Shown here piece by piece: positions 1-9,500 of a stretch of DNA of 64,000 nucleotides. Both the position numbers and the translations under genes were made by a program. The stretch's first letter is position 1, and each line of letters begins with the position of its first letter. The notes beneath the pieces are model-generated. The model was not told where the DNA came from, did not search any database, and saw nothing but the letters and a program-made list of their open reading frames with translations. This stretch comes from an uncultured Actinomycetes bacterium (lineage in GTDB: Bacteria; Actinomycetota; Thermoleophilia; UBA2241), in assembly GCA_963709345.1 (NCBI GenBank), contig CAVPVX010000011.1:256001-320000 (forward strand), in the 5' to 3' direction.

Positions 1-2
1 AC

Positions 3-341
3 TTCGAGTGCCTGCACGAGCTCAAGCTCATCGTCGACCTGATGTGGGAGAAGGGCATCGCCGGGATGCGCTACAGCATCAGCGACACCGCGGAGTACGG
101 CGACCTCACGCGCGGCCCGCGCGTCATCGACGAGAACGTGCGCGACACGATGCGCGAGCTGCTCGCCGAGATCCAGAGCGGCGAGTTCGCGCGCGAGTGG
201 ATCCTCGAGAACCAGGCCAACCGGCCGGTCTTCAACGCGCTGCAGCGCCAAGGCAAGGAGCATCTCATCGAGACCGTCGGCAAAGAGCTGCGCGGCATGA
301 TGAGCTGGATCGACGAGGGCGGGCTCGATATCGACGTGTGA
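3..341 (+). CDS. ilvC: ketol-acid reductoisomerase, C-terminal part (5' truncated by window)
   Basis: [37 protein letters not shown] and [14 protein letters not shown] are the typical IlvC C-terminal domain. Confidence 0.95.
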   Translation, partial: FECLHELKLIVDLMWEKGIAGMRYSISDTAEYGDLTRGPRVIDENVRDTMRELLAEIQSGEFAREWILENQANRPVFNALQRQGKEHLIETVGKELRGMMSWIDEGGLDIDV

Positions 342-381
342 CGCCGTCACCAGACGACTGTCTGCCCGGGGGGTACGTGAG

Positions 382-1980
382 ATGAGCACCAACATGAGGG
401 TCCTGGCCCAGGGCGACCTCGCGCCCGAGTGCCTCGCGTACCTTGAGGGCGAGGGCCTGCGGGTGGAGGTCGTCGCATCCGGAGACGACGAAGCGCTTCT
501 GCCGGCGATCGCGGGCTGCGACGCGCTCATCGCCGCCCCGGGCAACGCCGTCGGCGCCGCTGCCCTGCGCGCCGGACGGCTGCTGCGGGTCGTCGGCCGG
601 CCCGGAGCCGGCGTCGACGACATCGACGTCGCCGAGGCGACCAGGCAGGGCGTCCTCGTCGTCCATACCCCGCAGAGCAACGTGGTCTCCGAGGCGGAAC
701 AGGCGCTGGCGATGCTGCTCGCCTGCGCCTGCGACCTCGCGCGCACGGACGCCGACGTCAGGGCTGGCCGCTGGCAGAAGGGCCGCTGGGCCGACTCCGG
801 CGTCGAGGTGTGCGGCAAGACGCTCGGGCTCATCGGCCATGCGGAGAGCTCGGCGCTGCTCGCCGAGGCCGCGGGAGCGCTCGGCATGCGCGTCCTCGCC
901 TGCGACCCGCGCGCGTCCGCCGACGCGTTCCAAGGTTCGGCGTTGGCGCGAGACGACCCGGAGCGCGTCTATCGCGAATCCGACTTCGTGCTCGTGCAAC
1001 TGCCCGCCGGCGCCGAGACCGAAGGCGTCGTCGGCGCCGGCGAGTTCGCGCTCATGAAGGCCGGCGTGCGGCTCGTCACCCTGTCCGGCCCCGGAGTCGT
1101 CGACCGGGCGGTATTGCTCGGAGCGCTCGAGAGCGGCAGGGTCGCTTCCGCCGCGCTCGAGGTCTCCGCCGCCGACCTCCAGCCAGGGGACGCTCTGCTC
1201 GCCGCCGACAACGTCCTCTTCACGGCGCACCTCGAGGCGTCGACGGTGGACGCTCGGCGGCGCGCCGAGATGACGGTCGCCGAGCAGGTCGTCGCCGTCC
1301 TGCGCGGCGCCTTCCCCAGCGGCGCCGTCAACGTCCCCGTCGGCGCCGGCGACGACGCCGGCGAACTGATGCCGTACCTGGACCTTTGCACGCAGTTGGG
1401 GCGACTGGCCGTTCAGCTCGCCGATGCTCCCGTGGACGCCGTTACAATCGCATACGGAGGCAGCGTCGCCTACTTCGACACCCGGCTGCTCACGCTCGGC
1501 GTCCTCGCCGGCGTCCTCGCCGGCCGCGTCGACGGGCCCGTCAACTTCGTGAACGCCCAGGGGCTCGCCGAGGAGTGCGGCGTGAGCGCGACGGAGGAGC
1601 GGCAGTCCGACGTCCCCGACTTCCCCCGGCTGATCACGGTCGCCACCGCAGGGCCGAAGGGCGGCGTGTCGGTCGCCGGCACCTCGCTCGGCCGCGAGCA
1701 CAAGCCGCGGCTCGTCCGGGTCTTCGGCGAGGACGTCGACATCGCGCCGGCGCCGCTCATGGCCTTCCTCCGATACGTCGACGCACCCGGCGTCGGCGGC
1801 AAGCTCGGAACGCTGCTCGGCGAGTGGGGCGTCAACATCGGTCACATGTCGGTCGGGCGCGGGAGGCTCGGCAACGAGGCCGTCATGGCGCTCACCCTCG
1901 ACTCACCGCTGTCGCCGGCCCAGATCGACGCCCTGATCGCCGGGTGCGGGTTGGAGTACGCCAGGGCGGTACGGCTGTAG
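382..1980 (+). CDS. D-3-phosphoglycerate dehydrogenase-like paralog with ASB and ACT domains; catalytic and NAD-binding motifs degenerate
   Basis: Colinear with SerA at 3637-5238, but GLGRIG is GHAESS, NVARGG is TLSGPG and DVYPKEP is EVSAADL. Confidence 0.85.
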   Translation: MSTNMRVLAQGDLAPECLAYLEGEGLRVEVVASGDDEALLPAIAGCDALIAAPGNAVGAAALRAGRLLRVVGRPGAGVDDIDVAEATRQGVLVVHTPQSNVVSEAEQALAMLLACACDLARTDADVRAGRWQKGRWADSGVEVCGKTLGLIGHAESSALLAEAAGALGMRVLACDPRASADAFQGSALARDDPERVYRESDFVLVQLPAGAETEGVVGAGEFALMKAGVRLVTLSGPGVVDRAVLLGALESGRVASAALEVSAADLQPGDALLAADNVLFTAHLEASTVDARRRAEMTVAEQVVAVLRGAFPSGAVNVPVGAGDDAGELMPYLDLCTQLGRLAVQLADAPVDAVTIAYGGSVAYFDTRLLTLGVLAGVLAGRVDGPVNFVNAQGLAEECGVSATEERQSDVPDFPRLITVATAGPKGGVSVAGTSLGREHKPRLVRVFGEDVDIAPAPLMAFLRYVDAPGVGGKLGTLLGEWGVNIGHMSVGRGRLGNEAVMALTLDSPLSPAQIDALIAGCGLEYARAVRL

Positions 1981-2047
1981 CGTGACCGCGTGGGCCGCCG
2001 CCCGCCGGCGCCGGCGGGCGCGCGGATGTGCCGCCGGTCCTCGAGCT

Positions 2048-2088
2048 GCTTGTGCATCTGGACACAAGCGGTGCGCATACGCTATGCT
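2048..2088 (+). promoter_or_regulatory. putative sigma70-type promoter (TGGACA-18-TATGCT) overlapped by palindrome GCTTGTG-N8-CACAAGC
   Basis: -35 at 2059-2064, -10 at 2083-2088, inverted repeat at 2048-2069. Confidence 0.5.
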
Positions 2089-2094
2089 TTTGCC

Positions 2095-2124
2095 ATGCAG
2101 GACTCGACTCATCGCCCGTCGTGA
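2095..2124 (+). CDS. putative leaderless mini-ORF MQDSTHRPS
   Basis: ATG 7 nt after the TATGCT box; stop codon abuts a 22-bp hairpin. Confidence 0.3.
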   Translation: MQDSTHRPS

Positions 2125-2171
2125 CGGCTGGAGCGGGAGGGGCGGCACGGCCGCCCCTCCCGCTCCAGCCG
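2125..2171. repeat. perfect 22-bp inverted repeat with 3-nt loop (terminator or attenuator-like hairpin)
   Basis: cggctggagcgggaggggcggc-acg-gccgcccctcccgctccagccg. Confidence 0.8.
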
Positions 2172-2357
2172 GCTCCCGCATCCCATCACGAGACTCCGCA
2201 CCGCCTTCGGCCCGTGCGCCTGCTCCCCCGCCTCACGATCACGCGATCGCGCCCGGGCGCAGCTCGGCCTGAGCTCCTCTGCCGGTCACGCGCACCACTG
2301 GTGGGTGAGGCCGGGGACGCAGTCCCATGCGGCCCCTCCTGACTGAGCGTTCAGCGT

Positions 2358-2386
2358 TTGTGCGAGGCCGCACGCACGCCTAGAAT
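2358..2386 (+). promoter_or_regulatory. putative promoter of the aminotransferase-serA operon (TTGTGC-17-TAGAAT)
   Basis: -35 at 2358-2363, -10 at 2381-2386. Confidence 0.55.
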
Positions 2387-2462
2387 TGCGTTCTTGCCTA
2401 CTCGATCATCCCATCCGCCGGCCGCACGCGCGGCGCCCGATCATTCAAGAAAGGACCACAAG

Positions 2463-3623
2463 ATGCAGAAGCGCTTTCTCATCACCCCCGGCCCGACGCC
2501 CGTGCCGCCGGAGGTGCTGTCCGCGCTCTCCGAGCCGGTCATCCACCACCGCGCGCCGCGCTTCACCGAGATTCTCATGCGGGTCGTCGCCGGGATGAAG
2601 TACATCTACCAGACCGAGAACGACGTCATGGTGTATTCCGCCAGCGGCACCGGCGCCATGGAGGCCGCCGTCACCAACGTCGTGAATCCGGGCGACCACG
2701 TCCTGGTCGCCTGCGTCGGCAATTTCGGCGAGCGCTGGAAGAAGCTCACCGGCACGTGGGGCGCCGAGGTCACAGCGCTCGACTACGCGTGGGGTACCAA
2801 GGCCGACCCGGCCGACATCGAGAAGGCGCTCGCCGCCGACCCGGCGATCAAGGCCGTGTACGTGCAGCACAGCGAGACGTCCACAGGCGTCGTCAACGAC
2901 ATCAAGGCGATCGGCGAGATCGTCGCCAGGACGCCGGCGATCCTGGTCGTCGACGCCATCAGCGGCCTCGGCGCCAGCGACCTTCAGACCGACGCGTGGA
3001 AGGTCGACATCGCCGTCGCCGGCTCCCAGAAGGCCCTCATGGTGCCGCCGGGCCTGGCATACGCCGCCGTCAGCGACAAGGCCTGGGCCGTCATCGAGCA
3101 GTGCACGACGCCACGCTTCTACTTCGACTTCGTCGCCATGCGCAAGAAGATGACCGGCGACTCCGCTCAGACGCCGTACACGCCTGCCGTGAGCCTCATG
3201 ATCGCGCAGAACGCCGCCGTCGACCTGATCAGGGAAGAGGGTCTCGAGAACGTGTTCGAGCGGCACCGCGTGCTCGGCAAGGCCGCTCGCGAAGGCGTCA
3301 AGGCGCTCGGCCTCGAGCTCTTCGCCGTCGAAGACCCGGAGGCCAACTCCGTGACCGCCGTCAAGGTCCCCGAGGGCGTCGACGGCGGCAAGATCGGCAA
3401 GATCGCGCGCGACAAGTGGGGCGTGTGGCTCGCCGGCGGCCAAGGCGCCGTCAAGGGCAAGATCTTCCGCTTCGGCCACTGCGGCTACTTCGGCCACAGC
3501 GACATCATCGTCGGCCTGAGCACCGTCGAGATGGTGCTCGCCGAGCTCGGGTACGACGTCAAGTTCGGCGCCTCCACGGCTGCCGCGGAGCAGGTGTTCT
3601 TGACGAGCACCGTGCTCCTCTGA
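2463..3623 (+). CDS. class V PLP aminotransferase (alanine-glyoxylate/serine-pyruvate family), likely phosphoserine aminotransferase function
   Basis: LITPGPTPVP, SGTGAME, HSETSTGV, VDAISG, GSQKAL, FRFGHCG; AAGGA SD before ATG 2463; adjacent to serA. Confidence 0.9.
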   Translation: MQKRFLITPGPTPVPPEVLSALSEPVIHHRAPRFTEILMRVVAGMKYIYQTENDVMVYSASGTGAMEAAVTNVVNPGDHVLVACVGNFGERWKKLTGTWGAEVTALDYAWGTKADPADIEKALAADPAIKAVYVQHSETSTGVVNDIKAIGEIVARTPAILVVDAISGLGASDLQTDAWKVDIAVAGSQKALMVPPGLAYAAVSDKAWAVIEQCTTPRFYFDFVAMRKKMTGDSAQTPYTPAVSLMIAQNAAVDLIREEGLENVFERHRVLGKAAREGVKALGLELFAVEDPEANSVTAVKVPEGVDGGKIGKIARDKWGVWLAGGQGAVKGKIFRFGHCGYFGHSDIIVGLSTVEMVLAELGYDVKFGASTAAAEQVFLTSTVLL

Positions 3624-3636
3624 AGGGCGGGACGAG

Positions 3637-5238
3637 ATGACTGATGTGAAGAGGATCCTCGTCAAGGAGAAGCTGGCCCCCGAGGGCGTCAAGTACCTCG
3701 AGGATCGCGGGTTCCAGGTCGACATGGGCACCGAGTGGGACGCCGGCGAGCTGCTCGAGCGCATCCCCGAGTACCACGGCCTCATCATCCGCTCGGCCAC
3801 CAAGGTGACCGCGGACGTGATCCAGGCCGGCACGAACCTGCAGGTCGTCGGCCGCGCCGGCGTCGGCGTCGACAACGTCGACGTCAAGGAGGCGACCAAG
3901 CGTGGCGTCATCGTCGTCAACGCGCCGCAGAGCAACGTGCTCAGCGCCGCCGAGCAGACGATCGCCCTGCTCATGGCCTGCGCCCGCAACCTCGCCCAGG
4001 CGCACGCCGACCTCAAGGACGGCCGCTGGGAGAAGGGCGTCTGGGGCAAGAGCGGTGTCGAGGTACGTGGCAAGACGCTCGGCATCATCGGCCTCGGCCG
4101 CATCGGCTTCCTCGTCGCCGAGGACGCCCGCGGCCTCGGCATGAGCGTGCTCGCCTACGACCCCTTCGTACCGGCCGAGAAGTTCCACGAGCTCGGCCTC
4201 GACCGTGCCGACAGCCCGGACAAGATCTATCGCGAAGCCGACTTCATCACCGTGCACCTCCCCAAGAACGCCGAGACCATCGGCTTCATCGGCGACGACG
4301 AGTTCGCCAAGATGAAGGACGGCGTGCGCGTGATCAACGTCGCGCGCGGCGGCATCATCGACGAGGAGGCCTGGGCGCGCGCCATCGAGAGCGGCAAAGT
4401 CGCCGCGTCCGCGGTCGACGTGTACCCGAAGGAGCCGACCACCGAGAGCCCGCTGTTCAAGTACTCCAGCGTGGTCGCGACGCCGCACCTGGGCGCCAGC
4501 ACCGTGGAGGCGCAACTGCGCGCCGGCATGATCATCGCCGAGCAGGTGGCGGCGGTGCTTCAGGGCGAGTTCGCGAGCAACGCCGTGAACATCCCGCTCG
4601 CCCCCGGCGAGGACGCCGACGAGCTCATGCCGTTCCTGGGGCTCTGCCAGCAGCTCGGCAAGCTCATCGTGCAGATCGCCGACGGTCCCGTCGACGCATT
4701 CGACATCGCCTACGGCGGCGGCATCGCCCGCTACGACACGCGCATCCTCACGCTCGGCGTTCTGCAGGGCGTGCTGGCCGACAAGGTCGACGGTCCGGTG
4801 AACTTCGTCAACGTGCAGACCATCGCCGAGGAGCGCGGCATCACCGCCAAAGAGAGCAAGCAGCCGGCGGCGGTCGACTTCCTCAACCTGATCACGGTGA
4901 CCACCCGAGACGCCCGAGGCGAGCTCTCGGTCTCGGGCACGACGCTCGGCCCCAAGCATCGGCCGCGCCTCGTCAAGGTGTACCGCCAGGATGTGGACAT
5001 CGAGCCGGCGGCGCACATGGTCTTCCTGCGCTACTCCGACGTGCCGGGCATGATCGGCAAGATCGGCACCAAGGTCGGTGAGTTCGGCATCAACATCGGG
5101 CAGATGAGCGTGGGTCGCGAGGTCAAGGATCAGAAGGCCGTGATGGGCCTCACGCTCGACGAGCCGATGAGCGCGGAGCAACTCGACGACCTGGTGGTGA
5201 GCTGCGGGCTTGCCGACGGCAAGAGGGTCTGGCTCTGA
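3637..5238 (+). CDS. serA: D-3-phosphoglycerate dehydrogenase (type I, ASB+ACT)
   Basis: GRAGVGVDNVD, GIIGLGRIG, NVARGG, DVYPKEP, TPHLGAST, C-terminal ACT domain. Confidence 0.95.
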   Translation: MTDVKRILVKEKLAPEGVKYLEDRGFQVDMGTEWDAGELLERIPEYHGLIIRSATKVTADVIQAGTNLQVVGRAGVGVDNVDVKEATKRGVIVVNAPQSNVLSAAEQTIALLMACARNLAQAHADLKDGRWEKGVWGKSGVEVRGKTLGIIGLGRIGFLVAEDARGLGMSVLAYDPFVPAEKFHELGLDRADSPDKIYREADFITVHLPKNAETIGFIGDDEFAKMKDGVRVINVARGGIIDEEAWARAIESGKVAASAVDVYPKEPTTESPLFKYSSVVATPHLGASTVEAQLRAGMIIAEQVAAVLQGEFASNAVNIPLAPGEDADELMPFLGLCQQLGKLIVQIADGPVDAFDIAYGGGIARYDTRILTLGVLQGVLADKVDGPVNFVNVQTIAEERGITAKESKQPAAVDFLNLITVTTRDARGELSVSGTTLGPKHRPRLVKVYRQDVDIEPAAHMVFLRYSDVPGMIGKIGTKVGEFGINIGQMSVGREVKDQKAVMGLTLDEPMSAEQLDDLVVSCGLADGKRVWL

Positions 5239-5260
5239 TATGGCGAGCGGCCTGAACAGA

Positions 5261-5660
5261 CGAGACGAAGGAGCGGCCGGACGACCCGTGTTGTTGTGCT
5301 CTTGAGGCGGAGGCGTGGACGTTGTGCGCCGCGCCGGTGAGAGGGCGGGAAGCCTGGTCCGGGTGCCCATCGACCCGCTTCTGGGATTGAAGGACTTCCA
5401 CGTGCGCGCGGTCATCTCTGCCTCCGGGCCGGGCGGCCCCCACCTGCGCAGTCGCTGGCGCGGACGGTGCGGCTCGCGTGGAGTCTCTACGTGGAGCAGG
5501 ATTCCACCTTGGTGAGATCGACCTCCTCGCCGACGTGCGAGACGGCGAGGGGCGGGCCGCGAAGTTCGTGAGCGAACGCGGGTCGAAGCCGGTCGCCGCC
5601 TGCCTGGCCGGTTTCGCTGTCCCACCCGGCAGGACCATGGGCCACGCCGGCGCGACGGCG
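5261..5660 (+). pseudogene. fused remnants of succinyl-CoA synthetase beta and alpha subunit genes (sucC/sucD-like)
   Basis: RPVLLCS*GGGVDVV..VPIDPLLGL (beta-like, in-frame TGA at 5303) followed by KPVAACLAGFAVPPGRTMGHAGA (alpha-like phospho-His loop). Confidence 0.6.
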
Positions 5661-5757
5661 CTCAGCCGTCGTGCGTCCCGGCGCCCCGCTTCGGGTAACG
5701 AGTCCCGGCCCTCCCTTCCCCCAGGGAGTCCGGGACCGCCGGTCTCTGGAGACGCGC

Positions 5758-6462
5758 GACCTGCGAGTGAAGTGGTGAGCGCGGCGCCCAACTGCTGGTC
5801 GCCGCGCTTGAGTCCCAGTCTGCGCCGGATGTTGCCGCGGTGGAACTCGACCGCGGAACGAGAGAGCCGCATGATCTCGGCCAGGCTTTCGCGCAGCGCC
5901 TCCACGAACTCGATCTCCGGCTGTGAGCGCAACTGCCGCTCCAGGCGATCGAGCGTCGGCATGATCAGCAGTTCAAGGTCGGCCGTAACGCGCTTCTCGA
6001 GCTCCAGCTTGTCGTCGTTCACCTGCTCGAGCGCGAGGCGTGCGTCACGCTCGCGGGTCGTGTCGCCGATTGTGCCGAGCATGCGCGCCGGATGCCCGCG
6101 CGAGCCCCGCACGATCACGCCCGCGTCACGGACCCACAGTGGGTGCGTCCGCGCGCCGCAGCCGGAGCCCTCCTTCCACATCGACTCCTGTCGCCGTCGT
6201 GCAGCAGTTCAAGCCAAGCGTAGAAGCAGCGCCGCGCGGAGCCCGTGGGCTGCCCGAGCATCTCGTCGAAGTGCTCGGAGAAGCAGTTGTCTCCAGTCGA
6301 GATGTCCCAGTCGTAGTAAGCGTCGAAGGACACGCCCACGATGGCATGGAAGCGTGCGTCCTGGACGGCCGGCTCGCGCAGCGGCCGGCTCGTCAGCAGG
6401 TCGTTGCGCTGCTGCACGGCAGCCTCTCGCTTCGCATGTCGGATCCGGTGCGGTCTGTCCAC
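5758..6462 (-). pseudogene. PAS-domain / LuxR-type HTH regulator, frameshifted and internally deleted
   Basis: YYDWDISTG..FDEMLG..WLELLH (PAS), then in another frame WVRDAG..RMLGTIGDTTRER (PAC) and AEIMRLSRSAVEFHRGNIRRRLGL (LuxR C-terminus). Confidence 0.7.
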
Positions 6463-6537
6463 AGTCGCCCGGTATCACCGCTCGCGGGCAATGCCTGCCG
6501 ACGCCCGGCTCGGTCCTCGGCGTAGCGGACGTCGGCG

Positions 6538-9500
6538 TCAGCGGGTGACCTCCAGGAACTCCTCCGGCGGGACGAATCCCCTCCGCAGCGTGTTCTCCGT
6601 GACGACGCGTGGTTCCAGGTACTGGACGAGGTACGAGGCTTCGGGACGTCTCGTCGTTGAGCGGTCCACGTCCGCGACCACGCGCTTGACACGGTCGCCG
6701 GATCCCCGGCGACCCGCCACGGCTGCGACCGCCGCTGCGGTCGCGAACGAACCGGTGAGCGCGACGAGGTCGACGTGTCGGTGAGCCACGAGCCACGCGC
6801 CGTGCGTGCCGCCGGGGAGTTGCAGTAGGCCCACGGCGTCGGCCGGGAACCCGGCCCAGACGAACAGGCGTGCCATGTATGCGCCGCTGGCTGAGGCGCG
6901 ACTGCCCGGCTTGAGGATCACCGGGTCGCCGGCAGCCAGAGCCGCTCCGGCCATCGTGCAGAGACTCGTGAGCGGTTGGCGGGACGATCCCAGGATGAGG
7001 GCGAGACCGCGGGGCTGGTAGAAGTAGTGATTGAGCTCTCCCGGCTGGTGACCCATCCGCCTGATCTCGTCCGTCTCCGGGATGAGCGCCGCGATGCGCT
7101 CAAGGCTGTCGGCCGCCGACTTCACCTCCACGGCGGCCCAACGCACCGCCTCGTCATCGTTGGCGGCCGCGTCGGCGAGCAGGCGCGCCTGAAGCTCGCG
7201 GCTGTGCCGGCGGACGAGCTGGGCGGCGCGGGCGACGGACTTGGCGCGGTCGGGCGCCGCGAGGCCCTTGAGGGCTCCGGTCATGGCCGCCGCTCTCGCG
7301 ACCACACCCTCGGCGTCCGGGTCCGGGGGCTCGAGGGTGGATGCGTCAGCCGCTCCTGCGCCGACCCCACCAGCAGCCGCGATCCTGCTCTCCTGGGTGG
7401 GTCTGCCGCAGCCCATGAACTGCGCAAGGTAGTCCGGCCCTCCCGCCTTGGAGCCGATGCCGCTCATCTTGAAGCCGCCGAACGCCTGGCGTTCGACCAG
7501 TGCCCCGGTCGTGCCGCGGTTGATGTAGAGGTTGCCTACCAGGAACTCGCGGCGCACCCGCGCGATGGCGGCCGGACTGCGGCTGATGAGGCCCCCGGTC
7601 AGCGCGTACTGCGTGCCGTTGGCGATCGCCAGGGCTTCATCCAGATCCTTCGCTTTGATGACGGCGACCACGGGGCCGAAGATCTCCTCCTGGGCGATCA
7701 CGGCGTCGGGGGCGACGTCGGCGAAGATGTGGGGGCCGACGTAGTAGCCGTCTCCGGGCCATTCTCCGGCCGGCGGCTCGGTCACCAGGACCGGCCGGCC
7801 CTCCTTCTTGCCCTGCTCGATGTACCCCTCGATGGTCTTCTTCGCCTCGGCGGTGATGACGGGACCCATCCGGCTGGCCGGATCCTCGGGAGGGCCGATG
7901 ACGACGGACCGCGCCGCCTCGACGAAGCGGGCGAGAAACTCGTCGTAGGCGCTCTCGAGCACCACGATGCGCGACGCGGCGGAGCACTTCTGACCCTGGT
8001 AGTGGAAGGCGCTCACGATGCCCTCGAGGACGGCGACGTCCAGGTCGGCGTCGGCGTCGACGATCAGGGCGTTCTTGCCGCCCATCTCGGCGATCACGTG
8101 CTTGAGTCCCGTGTGTGTCGGGTGGCTCGCCGCCTCCTCGATGATGCGCAGCCCCACCTCCTTGGAGCCGGTGAATGCGATGACTTCGACGTCGGGGTGT
8201 CGCACAAGCCGCGCGCCCACGGTGCTTCCAGGAGAGGGGAGGAAGTTGATCGTGCCTGCCGGCGCGCCGGCCTCGTGGAGGAGGCGAGCCAGTTGGGCGC
8301 CGATCACCGGGGTCGGGCCGGCCGGCTTCACGATGACGGCGTTGCCGGTCACCAGTGCGGCGCTCGTCATCCCCGTGAGGATGGCCAGCGGGAAGTTCCA
8401 CGGCGCGACGACCAGCGCTACGCCCAGCGGCCGCATCCGGTCCTCATCGTCGTCGTCGACAGAGATGAGTTCGCCGTCCGCCTGCAGCCGGAGGATCTCG
8501 CGCCCGTAGTACTCGAGGAAGTCGATCGCCTCGCCCACGTCCGCGTCTGCCTCGCGCCACGCCTTGCCCGCCTCGTACACCTGGAGCGCCGCCAACTCGA
8601 AGAGCTCACGGCGCATCAATTCCGCGGCGCGGAACAGGACGCCGGCGCGCTCCACTGGCGGAGTCGTGCTCCAGCTGCCGAACGCCGCCTTCGCGGCTTC
8701 CACCGCCTTCTCCGCCTCGTCCGGACCACCGTAGGCCACCGTGCCGACTTCTTCCTCCGGCCGGCAGGGGTTCACCGAGGTGATTCTCTCCTTCGTCTTC
8801 ACGGCTTCGCCGCCGATCCAGAGCGGCCAGTGCTTGCCCAGTCCGGCCGCCGCCTCACCGGACTTGACGCGCTCGAGCGCCTCGGTGAACGCGACGCGGT
8901 TCTCTGGGCGTGCGAAGTCGGCGTGCGGGTGGTTCACGAAGGGGCCGGGGAACGCCGCATCCGTGGGCACCCAGAGGGGGACGCGCTGCGGCGCGCGACT
9001 GACGTCGGGAGAAGGATGTGGCGCTCGCGTCAGCCGGGCCTGGTCCTCTCCTTCCGCGAAGGTGCGGCGAAGGAACGATTCATTGGCGGTGTTCTCGAGC
9101 AGCCGGCGCACGAAGTAGGCCATGCCGGGGATGAGCTCGCCTACCGGCGCGTATTCGCGCAGCCGCAGGCCCAGCCTCCTGATGGCGGCCTTGATGGGTT
9201 CTCCCATGCCGTGGAGCATCTGCAGCTCGTACGCATCCTTGGGGAGCCCGAGAGCCTCGGCCGTGGCGATGGCGCAGGCGAGCGAGCGCACGTTGTGGCT
9301 GGCGAAGGCGGAGCGGATCTGCTCCGGGTGCTCCAGCATGATGCGCGTGATCCGTTCATACATCACGTCCGAGTCAGGCTTGTGCGTGAACACCGGCGCC
9401 GGCCAGCCTTCCTGCGCGGCCTGCACGGTCTCGTAGTCCCAGTACGCGCCCTTGACGAGACGCACGGTGATGACCCGCTTGTGTTCCTTGGCCCAGGCGA

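Noticed and set aside
5303-5305. In-frame TGA after a Cys-Ser pair as possible selenocysteine
   Set aside because: It lies in a fragmentary sucC-like relic with no start and no obvious SECIS; a nonsense mutation is simpler
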